A DNA stretch of 64,000 nt, from NCBI GenBank assembly GCA_963663475.2, contig CAXXJV010000001.1:1568001-1632000 (forward strand), in the 5' to 3' direction. Position numbers and translations under genes: made by a program. Positions 19,354-27,471 of this stretch are shown here, one piece after another. The notes beneath the pieces are model-generated. The model did no database searches. It saw only the letters and a program-made list of their open reading frames with translations, and was not told the origin of the DNA. This DNA comes from Candidatus Cloacimonadales bacterium. GTDB taxonomy: Bacteria > Cloacimonadota > Cloacimonadia > Cloacimonadales > JAFGVF01. Within the stretch, counting starts at the first letter, position 1; every line of letters starts with the position of its first letter.

Positions 19354-21450
19354 ATGGAAAGTTTAAAAACTTTAGATCTAAGATCAACTAGTGGAAGACC
19401 TAAAAGAGAAGAAATAAGAGAATATTTCCTTAACACTTACAAGATTGAAGAAGAATTATACAAAACACTCAAGCGAGATGAATCTTTCTTTTTAAGAGCA
19501 GATCCTCTCAGACATCCTATCATCTTCTACTATGGCCATACATCAGCCTTCTATATGAACAAGTTGATTTTAGCAGGCCTGATTAAAGATAGAACTAATC
19601 CTACTATAGAATCAATGTGTGCTATTGGGGTAGACGAAATGTCTTGGGATGATTTAAATGAAGAGCATTATGATTGGCCAAGTGTTAAACAAGTAACTGA
19701 TTTTAGACTGCAAGTAAAAGAGCAAGTTTTGCAATTAATAGATAGGCTTCCTTTAGATTTGCCTATTGATTGGGAATCTCCTTGGTGGCCAATAATCATG
19801 GGTATAGAACATATGCGGATTCATATAGAAACATCATCAGTCTTGATCCGGCAATTACCTATTAGTGAAGTTCAAGTAAATCCTAATTTCCCTACCTGCA
19901 AAGAATATACTCCTCCACCTAAAAATGAAATAATTAATGTATTGGGTGGTCATATTACTATTGGTAAATCTCGTGATGATGCTTATTATGGCTGGGATAA
20001 TGAATATGGTATTCATAAAGCAGAAGTAGCTAATATGAAAGTTAGTAAGTTTTTAGTCTCAAATCAAGAGTTTCTTGACTTTGTGGAGTCTGATGGCTAC
20101 TCTAAGCAAGATTATTGGACAGAGGAAGGTTGGGGCTGGGTAAGCTATGCTAAGGTTAAGTATCCTCGATTTTGGATACAAGAACAAGGGAAATGGTATC
20201 AACGAAACATGACCGAAATTATCGAAATGCCATGGTCTTGGCCAGTTGAAGTCAATTTCTTAGAAGCAAAAGCCTTCTGTAACTGGAAATCTCAGCAAAC
20301 AGGCAAGAAATATCGTTTGCCAAGTGAAGATGAATGGTATCAGATGTTTAAAATCTGCCAAGTTGCTTCTTTCCAGAAGGTAGAAGTCCTACCAGCTAAT
20401 ATTAATTTAAATTATTGGGCATCTTCTTGTCCTGTTGATAGATTTAGATTTGATTCACTTTATGATATTATTGGCAATGTCTGGCAATGGACAGAGGTTC
20501 CTATTTATCCTTTCAAAGGTTTTAAGGTTCATCCTCTTTACGATGATTTCACAACTCCAACTTACGATACTCAACACAATCTTATTAAAGGTGGTTCTTG
20601 GATATCTTCGGGTAATCTAGCTATACCTGAATCACGTTATGCTTTCCGAAGACACTTCTATCAACATGCTGGTTTTAGATATATTGAGAGTGAAGAACCT
20701 GTAAAAACCTATGATACAATCTATGAAGAAGATCCTGAAGTAGTAGAAGAATGTGAAAGAGCCTGGGGGCAGGAAAGATTTGGAATTAAAAATCTTTCAA
20801 CCCAATTAATTGATATTGTTTTACCTTATGCGAAAAATCATAAGAAGGCTATGGTAATTGGTTGTGGAGCAGGAAGGACAGTCTTTGAACTTGGCAAAGA
20901 TTTTGATTTTGTTGAAGGTATTGATTTTTCTGCTAGAACTTTCAAATTAGCTGTGGAAATGCAGGTAAAAGGCTATAACCATTATATCACAATAGATGAA
21001 GGTGAAAATACTATCTATAATGAAAAATATTTAAGTAATTATGGCTTAGCTGAAAGTGCTAGTAAAGTTGCTTTCTATCAGGGAGATGCTTCTAACCTTT
21101 TAGAAAAATATAATAACTATGACCTCATAATATCAGAAGTTATGTTAAATAAAGCTTATGATCCAAGAAAGTTTCTGGAAATGATTCATACTAGAATCAA
21201 TAAAGATGGTATCTTGGTAATTGCTCACACTGCAGATTGGTCTTCAGACTTATCTAGTCAAGATAAGTGGTTAGGTGGCTATAGGGGAGAAGATGGTGAG
21301 ATTGTTGAGTCTCAAACAACAATCGAAAGAATTCTTCAAAAAAAGTTTAATAAAATTGGTTTAACTCAAGATTTACCTTATCTTATTTATAAGAACAGAC
21401 ATCGTATGCTGCTTAAGGTTGCTTCGGTTACTTTATGGCAGATAAGATAG
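19354..21450 (+). CDS. ovoA: 5-histidylcysteine sulfoxide synthase with C-terminal methyltransferase (ovothiol synthase)
   Basis: LRHPIIFYYGHT, GVDEMSWDD, iron motif HMRIHIE, GWDNEYG, GNVWQW, RYAFRRHFYQHAGFR and SAM motif IGCGAGR. Confidence 0.9.
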   Translation: MESLKTLDLRSTSGRPKREEIREYFLNTYKIEEELYKTLKRDESFFLRADPLRHPIIFYYGHTSAFYMNKLILAGLIKDRTNPTIESMCAIGVDEMSWDDLNEEHYDWPSVKQVTDFRLQVKEQVLQLIDRLPLDLPIDWESPWWPIIMGIEHMRIHIETSSVLIRQLPISEVQVNPNFPTCKEYTPPPKNEIINVLGGHITIGKSRDDAYYGWDNEYGIHKAEVANMKVSKFLVSNQEFLDFVESDGYSKQDYWTEEGWGWVSYAKVKYPRFWIQEQGKWYQRNMTEIIEMPWSWPVEVNFLEAKAFCNWKSQQTGKKYRLPSEDEWYQMFKICQVASFQKVEVLPANINLNYWASSCPVDRFRFDSLYDIIGNVWQWTEVPIYPFKGFKVHPLYDDFTTPTYDTQHNLIKGGSWISSGNLAIPESRYAFRRHFYQHAGFRYIESEEPVKTYDTIYEEDPEVVEECERAWGQERFGIKNLSTQLIDIVLPYAKNHKKAMVIGCGAGRTVFELGKDFDFVEGIDFSARTFKLAVEMQVKGYNHYITIDEGENTIYNEKYLSNYGLAESASKVAFYQGDASNLLEKYNNYDLIISEVMLNKAYDPRKFLEMIHTRINKDGILVIAHTADWSSDLSSQDKWLGGYRGEDGEIVESQTTIERILQKKFNKIGLTQDLPYLIYKNRHRMLLKVASVTLWQIR

Positions 21451-21454
21451 ATAT

Positions 21455-21485
21455 AAGGGGGAGTATTTAACTCCCTCTATTTTTT
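21455..21485 (+). terminator. Intrinsic terminator after ovoA
   Basis: GGGAGT-N5-ACTCCC stem followed by a T tract. Confidence 0.7.
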
Positions 21486-21674
21486 ATCTTGAATACGCAT
21501 ATAGTTAAGTAAGATATTACTAATATACATTTAAGCAAAACTGAAATTAAAATAAAAGTATCTCAAGTGCAGAATCTTTTAAAAATAAACTTAACCAATG
21601 GTATTATTTCTTTGACAAAAAAGTATGCTAAATTAATTTGGTAAGAAGAAGAAATAAAAAAATAAGGTAAGGAT

Positions 21675-22328
21675 ATGAACGAATTTAGAAATAAAAGAAA
21701 AGAATTAGAATATCAATTAAGAAGAGAATTCATTATTGAAGTTGCTCAAAAACTATTCTATGAAAAGGGATATGAAAATGTAACTTTGAATGAAGTTGCT
21801 AAAAAAGCTGATTACACTAAAGCTACCCTATATTCCTATATAAAGAGTAAAGAAGATTTATATATGGAAGTTTATTGTGTAGGCCTGCAAGAAAGACTAG
21901 ACTATCTTAAAAAAGAAATGTCTAAGGTTAAAACTGGATTAGCTAAAGTAGAAATGTTTGGTAAAGCCTATTATGAATTCTATAAAAATCATCCTCAAAT
22001 CCTCTACCATCAACAATATATTGACTACCGACCAATCAATCCTGAAAAGATTGATCCTAACTTAATGGAGAGATTTCAGAAAATTAATGTTGATGGTTAT
22101 ATGATTGTTGTTGAAGCTATTAAGGAAGGAATTGCTGATAATACTATCAAAGAAGATTTAGATCCTAATTATCTCTATTCACAAATTATCTATGCCTTAA
22201 GAGCTGTAGCTTCAGCTGCTGTTTACCGCCGAAAAGCTGTCTTGGAAGAAGAAAATACAGAAGAGATTAATAAGAACTGGTATTACTCATTCTTAGACCT
22301 TCTAATGAATGCTATTACCAAGAAATAA
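21675..22328 (+). CDS. TetR/AcrR family regulator
   Basis: LFYEKGYENVTLNEVAKKADYTKATLYSYIKSKEDL HTH. Confidence 0.93.
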   Translation: MNEFRNKRKELEYQLRREFIIEVAQKLFYEKGYENVTLNEVAKKADYTKATLYSYIKSKEDLYMEVYCVGLQERLDYLKKEMSKVKTGLAKVEMFGKAYYEFYKNHPQILYHQQYIDYRPINPEKIDPNLMERFQKINVDGYMIVVEAIKEGIADNTIKEDLDPNYLYSQIIYALRAVASAAVYRRKAVLEEENTEEINKNWYYSFLDLLMNAITKK

Positions 22329-22340
22329 TCTAAGTAATTC

Positions 22341-23234
22341 ATGAAAATAATTCCTAATTTCAAGTTTACTCCGATTTTAGGATGGTCAGTAAGTAGATAT
22401 GAAACTTTCCGTAACTGTAAGAGGGCTTACTTTTACAGTTACTACGGAAAATTTGATGAGCAAATCCCTAATGATGTCATAACAAGTCTTAAAAAATTAA
22501 CTTCAATACCCTTAGAAAAAGGAAATATTACCCACGATGTAATTAGGGATATTCTCATTAGATACTCAAAAAACTCCTCAGAAATAGATAGAGTAAAACT
22601 CTTTACTTATATTTATAAAATGATAAAATCTTATTGCAAGGGAAAAGTCTTTTCTGAGGTCTATTACCAACAATTACCTAAAGTCGACTTTGAACAATTA
22701 TTTACTGAAATCAAACAGGCAATAGTTAATTTCTTCAATAGTAATAGGTTTTCTTGGTTGCTAGAGAATGCTTTAGACTCTTCAGCAGACTGGGTAATTG
22801 AACCTGGTGGTTTTGGAGAATGTAGATTTAATGACCTTAAAGCTTATTGCAAGGTAGATTTCTTGCTACCAATAAAAAATCAATATTACATATTTGATTG
22901 GAAGACAGGAAAATACTCAGCTGAAAGACACAGAAAGCAAATGTTAGCTTACACTCTCTGGACTAGATCTACTTTTGCTATAAATCCTCAAGATATTAAC
23001 CCAATATTAGCCTTTCTTGACCCCACTTACCAGGAAATAGGAGAAGCTTTTTCTACTAAGGAACTTGATGAATTAAATGATCAAATCTTGCAAGAAAGCC
23101 AAGAAATGTATTCCTATTGCTCTAATGTTCAAGACAACATTCCCCTAGCAAAAAATAAGTTTCCCCAAACAAGCAACTATATCATCTGTTCATTCTGTAA
23201 CTATAGAAAGCTGTGCCATCTCTCTAATCTCTAA
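22341..23234 (+). CDS. PD-(D/E)XK nuclease, Cas4/AddB-like with a probable Fe-S cluster
   Basis: N-terminal C, H, KVD, DWKTG and QMLAY motifs; C-terminal CSFCNYRKLC. Confidence 0.85.
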   Translation: MKIIPNFKFTPILGWSVSRYETFRNCKRAYFYSYYGKFDEQIPNDVITSLKKLTSIPLEKGNITHDVIRDILIRYSKNSSEIDRVKLFTYIYKMIKSYCKGKVFSEVYYQQLPKVDFEQLFTEIKQAIVNFFNSNRFSWLLENALDSSADWVIEPGGFGECRFNDLKAYCKVDFLLPIKNQYYIFDWKTGKYSAERHRKQMLAYTLWTRSTFAINPQDINPILAFLDPTYQEIGEAFSTKELDELNDQILQESQEMYSYCSNVQDNIPLAKNKFPQTSNYIICSFCNYRKLCHLSNL

Positions 23235-23247
23235 TATTACCCTCATA

Positions 23248-23862
23248 TTAGATGATATCAAAAAATGTTGGTATTATTTGATTACTTTTTAAAAGATTTA
23301 TTAATACTATTACACAATAAGTTATTATAAACATAGCTACATCTCGTAAATCTTTATAAAAAACTTTTGGTTTAACACTATATTCTTTAGGCTGTGTGAA
23401 AAGTTTGAAATTAGGTAAAAAACGAGGAACACGTTTTAAATAGTTCTGATAATCTTGTCCAAGAATTGATGCCAAATTCCTCTCTTCACCAACAATTACA
23501 AAAGGATAATAGATTGCAAAACCGAGAATTATGAAAATTAAAACTGCTAGAGAATGAGAGACAAGACCAATCCCTATTGCCCCTATTAAACTATATAAAT
23601 AAAGGGGGTTTCTGCTCACTGAGTAAGGACCATCTGTTACTACTTTTTTATTCTTAAAGCCTGATATATAAAAGGCACACCAAATTCTTCCTAATGTTCC
23701 AATAGTAACTAAAAATAGGGCTATAACATCAATAATACCTGTTTGAATATTACCCAAAGAATACTTCTGGTTACCAAATATAAAGGCAATAATTACTATA
23801 ATAGCTAAGAGTCTCGATAATTTTGTTCTTATCTTTTTAATCTTTTGAAATTTATTTTCCAT
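23248..23862 (-). CDS. Isoprenylcysteine carboxylmethyltransferase/PEMT family membrane protein
   Basis: VVTDGPYSVSRNPLY, EERNL and YQNYLKRVPRF motifs. Confidence 0.88.
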   Translation of the reverse strand: MENKFQKIKKIRTKLSRLLAIIVIIAFIFGNQKYSLGNIQTGIIDVIALFLVTIGTLGRIWCAFYISGFKNKKVVTDGPYSVSRNPLYLYSLIGAIGIGLVSHSLAVLIFIILGFAIYYPFVIVGEERNLASILGQDYQNYLKRVPRFLPNFKLFTQPKEYSVKPKVFYKDLRDVAMFIITYCVIVLINLLKSNQIIPTFFDII

Positions 23863-23965
23863 CTTTTTCTCCTAATTTCCCCTTTTTATCAATAATAAAA
23901 GAATTGGCAAGAAAAATTTGGAAATAGCAAGATTTTATTTAATACCATATTCTCTTTTTTGCTTA

Positions 23966-24036
23966 TTCCATCCTTAATCCTTCCTTTACAGTCTTTCGAT
24001 GAAACTGGGACTTTCATCGAAAGACTGTAAAGGAAG
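23966..24036. repeat. Perfect palindromic repeat, copy 1
   Basis: 25-bp perfect stem CTTCCTTTACAGTCTTTCGATGAAA with loop CTGGGAC; nearly identical to 53870-53940. Confidence 0.9.
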
Positions 24037-24141
24037 AAATAAGCATGCTATAGTTATGAGTAGGGTTTCTGAAAGCTATTTCACTGGTGTAATTTGTTCT
24101 TTTACCAAAAATCCTACTAGTCCTTTCGAATAATGAATAAT

Positions 24142-24302
24142 CCCAAATAATGCAATAGATCTTTGAGAATAGCAGAATATTCTTCTGCAAAAGTAACTTC
24201 CATAATTTTCCCGAATATATATATTATATGCGTCAGAATTCTGCAAGCTATTTTGCTAAAAGAATCTGCACTCTTCTCTAAAGCTCTATTGCACCATTTG
24301 GG
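24142..24302. mobile_element. 161-bp MITE, CCC...GGG family
   Basis: Imperfect terminal inverted repeats of about 28 bp, flanked by an ATAAT direct repeat on both sides. Confidence 0.9.
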
Positions 24303-24495
24303 ATAATCAAAATAATGAAAAAAAATTATAGAAAATTTTCTTCCACAAAACTGAATTTGAACCGAAAACTTCAACTGTTAATAAATATCTTAGGTATAAA
24401 AATATTAAACCGTGAATATAATCATTGACACTTATGATATATTGAATATTCTTGTCTTATCGATAAGCTCAAACAAAATATATGAAGGAAAGATT

Positions 24496-25578
24496 ATGCT
24501 AAATAGTGTTTTACTGCAAGTAATGACGGATAATCCGAAAATTGATATTAATTTCTTAAGAGAGGTTAACTTAGTTAAAGCTAATGATAAAATTGAAGAT
24601 ATCAGAATATCATCTCTTACGAAATCAACTACTTCATTAATGATTAAGTTTGATTTTATTTTATCAAAGAGTAAACAAAGGAAAGCTTATCTTATAAAAA
24701 CTAATGATGTACAAAGTGATAACACTTACCACTCTATAGCACTTAATGAATGTCAATTTTATAGTTATATCAATGACCTTAATATAACTGATCTACCAAT
24801 TGCAAAATGCTATTTCTCTCATATTATGCCAAAAAAGCAAGGTAGAATTTTAATTCTTGATGACCTGTCTCTTGACTATTCATCAACCAAAACAAATCTC
24901 TCAGATAAAAATATTTGGTTAACTGCTTCAAGTACTCTAGCTAAATTACATGCAAAATTCTGGAATAAATCCCCAAACTTTTTCAAGAAGAAAAGCAATG
25001 ATATTGATCAGCAAATTAATAAACATAGAGAAACAATTTCTGAAAGTCTAGATAAATTTATCATCTATATTAAGGGTAAAGTTAGTCCTGAGCTTATAGA
25101 TATTTACAAGCATGTAGAAAAGGTGTCAAACCAATTGTTTTATGAGAAGTTGATAAGATGTCAAGACAGGGAAAACATTACACTGCAACATGGGGATGCT
25201 CATATTTATAACTTTATGTTTTCGAAAAAACACCTACATAGAGCTCTAATAACAGATTTCCAGTTTTGTAATACAGGTATTGCATGTGGGGATTTGGCTC
25301 ACTTAACAAGAGTAAATTTTGCTGATAAGTTTGATTTAAGTTTTCACCAAGATTTAGTTAAAAATTACTATAATAACCTGTTGGATAATGAGGTAAATAA
25401 TTATTCTTGGGAAAACTGCTGGTCGGATTATCGTAAGCATGTAGCCTGCATGCTATTGATACCAATGTGGCAATACAGTCTTTTCGCTAGTAAGTTGGAA
25501 AATCTACAAGATGACTTAGCGTATTTACTTAAAAACTTTAAACAATTAGAATGTGAAAACTTACAAACAAACACATAA
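24496..25578 (+). CDS. APH/choline kinase-like phosphotransferase
   Basis: LILDDL, LAKLHA, Brenner motif HGDAHIYN, DFQ. The ATG at 24496 lies downstream of TTGACA-N16-TATTCT. Confidence 0.82.
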   Translation: MLNSVLLQVMTDNPKIDINFLREVNLVKANDKIEDIRISSLTKSTTSLMIKFDFILSKSKQRKAYLIKTNDVQSDNTYHSIALNECQFYSYINDLNITDLPIAKCYFSHIMPKKQGRILILDDLSLDYSSTKTNLSDKNIWLTASSTLAKLHAKFWNKSPNFFKKKSNDIDQQINKHRETISESLDKFIIYIKGKVSPELIDIYKHVEKVSNQLFYEKLIRCQDRENITLQHGDAHIYNFMFSKKHLHRALITDFQFCNTGIACGDLAHLTRVNFADKFDLSFHQDLVKNYYNNLLDNEVNNYSWENCWSDYRKHVACMLLIPMWQYSLFASKLENLQDDLAYLLKNFKQLECENLQTNT

Positions 25579-25583
25579 AGGAG

Positions 25584-26357
25584 ATGAATATGAAGAGTAG
25601 AGATTTAATCTGCAAAGAATTAAAAGATTTTCTATATGACAAGTCGCAAGTTTTAGCAGTTTGGGAAGGTGGCTCAGTTGCTACTGGTTTTGCTGATGAC
25701 TATTCTGATTTAGATTTAGTCATCGTTGTAAATGATGATTATGTAAATCAAGCCTTTAAACAAGTTGATGATTTTATAGATTCACACTATAAAACATTAA
25801 GAAAATTTAGAGTTCCTGAACCTACTTGGCATGGTTTTTCCCAAACATTCTATAAAGCCCAAGATGTTCCTGAATACTTTTACTTTGACATTTCTGTAAT
25901 GAAGAAAAGCTTAGAAGATAAATTTCTGGAAACTAGCAGGCATGGCAAGGCTAAGGTATGGTTTGAAAAAGAAAAATTCGTTGAAGAGCAAAGGTCCAAA
26001 CAAGAAGACATTGATAAGAGGGTTAGTAGACTCTTTAAGATGGCTACTGCAACAGATTTTATTACTATTCTTGAAATAAAAAAAGCAATAAAAAGAAATT
26101 TATATACTGAAGCTTTCCCCCTTTACTTCACCTTTATTGTAAGGCATTTAGTTGTCATGCTAAATATCCTTAACAGACCTGAAAAAGTAGATTTCAATCT
26201 TCGCTATATTTATCGTGATTACCCGAAAGCTGATTACTTTCTTATCCAAGATGCACTACAAATTTCTAACATAAATGAGTTAAATCTAAAATTTAACCAA
26301 GTCTTATCCAAGTATGAAGATTTAAAAAGTAGACTCGCAAAGCAGATAAAACTCTAA
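25584..26357 (+). CDS. Pol-beta-like nucleotidyltransferase with helical C-terminal domain
   Basis: EGGSVATGFADDYSDLDL (GS...DxD motif). Confidence 0.82.
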   Translation: MNMKSRDLICKELKDFLYDKSQVLAVWEGGSVATGFADDYSDLDLVIVVNDDYVNQAFKQVDDFIDSHYKTLRKFRVPEPTWHGFSQTFYKAQDVPEYFYFDISVMKKSLEDKFLETSRHGKAKVWFEKEKFVEEQRSKQEDIDKRVSRLFKMATATDFITILEIKKAIKRNLYTEAFPLYFTFIVRHLVVMLNILNRPEKVDFNLRYIYRDYPKADYFLIQDALQISNINELNLKFNQVLSKYEDLKSRLAKQIKL

Positions 26358-26362
26358 TAAAT

Positions 26363-26392
26363 AAATAGGGTAGGCAAAATACCTACCCTTTA
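26363..26392. terminator. Hairpin terminator between convergent genes
   Basis: AGGGTAGG-N7-CCTACCCT with A/T-rich flanks. Confidence 0.7.
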
Positions 26393-26418
26393 TCTCATTT
26401 CACTAATAAATTTAATAT

Positions 26419-27126
26419 TTAATGATCTTTTAAGGGAGACCATTCCTTCCAGACATTTCCTACTAAGGCTGGCCCAGGCTTAAGAATCTTCTTACCTGGC
26501 TCCCAACCTGCTGGGCAGACTTCTCCACCTTTAGTCTTTCTTACATGCTGATAGGCCTGAATTTGTCTAATTGTCTCTTCTAATTTTCTTCCAACTGGCG
26601 GAGTTAATACTTCCATACCTTGAACTATTCCATCTGGATCAATAATAAATCTTCCTCGAAACTCGACTCCTGCAGCTTGGTCATATACACCATACATGGA
26701 ACCTACATGACCAGCACCATCTGAAGCCATATGAAAAGGAACATCTCTCTCTGCCATTTTACTTAATTCTTGATCATTCCATACTTTATGAACAAACTGA
26801 CTATCCACACTCATTGAGATTACTTCTGTATCTAATTCTTGAAGCTTTTCATAATTTGCAGCGACCGCTGAAACTTCGGTTGCTCAGACGAATGTGAAAT
26901 CACCTGGGTAGAAACATAATACCACCCATTTTCCTTTAAAATCTGATAATTTAACTGATGTAAATCCACCTTTATAATAGGCAGGTGCTTCGAAATCTGG
27001 AGCTTTATGCCCAACTCTTACTATATCCATTTTATTCTCCTTTGTGTTGATTTGCTCAGGTTTAACCTGGTCTGATTGTTCAATTTTTGAGATTGGTCTT
27101 GCACAACCTACGGCTTTTTCTTCCAT
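26419..27126 (-). CDS. prxU: Selenocysteine-containing 2-Cys-type peroxiredoxin (single gene read through UGA)
   Basis: [12 protein letters not shown](26884-26886)[10 protein letters not shown] continues in frame to GEVCPAGW. The UGA sits at the peroxidatic Cys position. An AAGGAG RBS precedes the ATG at 27126. Confidence 0.92.
26853..26875 (-). promoter_or_regulatory. Bacterial SECIS element
   Basis: AGUUU-CAGC-GGUC-GCUG-C-AAAUU hairpin directly 3' of the UGA, with G in the apical loop. Confidence 0.8.
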
Positions 27127-27276
27127 TATAAACTCCTTATAGAATAAGTAAAATGAGATAATGATATTATAATCAAAACAAGGAGAAATCAAAATTTTTT
27201 TGATTAATTGATAACCAATAATCTCTTATTAATTTATTTTATTGATATGATCTTGTATTTTCCCTAGTAAGTTAAT

Positions 27277-27342
27277 CCTAAGTAATGCAGTAGATCTTTG
27301 AGAATATGCAGTCTTCTCTAAAGCTCTACTGCACCATTCTGG
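27277..27342. mobile_element. Short (66 bp) copy of the CCC...GGG MITE family
   Basis: Both termini retained, flanked by a TTAAT direct repeat. Confidence 0.8.
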
Positions 27343-27471
27343 TTAATAGATAGTCAAGAATGTTGTTAATGAAGTAGCTTATATAAAAGTACAAATATTA
27401 CAAATTATGGAACAAGAGATGCATATGTATATTTACAAAGCTTCATGATAAATCAAAATAGGAGGATAATT

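Noticed and set aside
24117..24374. 85-aa ORF, and the similar 45107-45292 ORF
   Set aside because: Both are translations across the MITE; their similarity is explained by the repeat.
22341..24400. CRISPR-Cas locus suggested by the Cas4-like gene and nearby repeats
   Set aside because: No regularly spaced repeat-spacer array and no other cas genes.
26419..27192. Two separate ORFs or a peroxiredoxin pseudogene
   Set aside because: The single UGA falls exactly at the catalytic residue and is followed by a SECIS-like hairpin, so one selenoprotein gene is the better reading.
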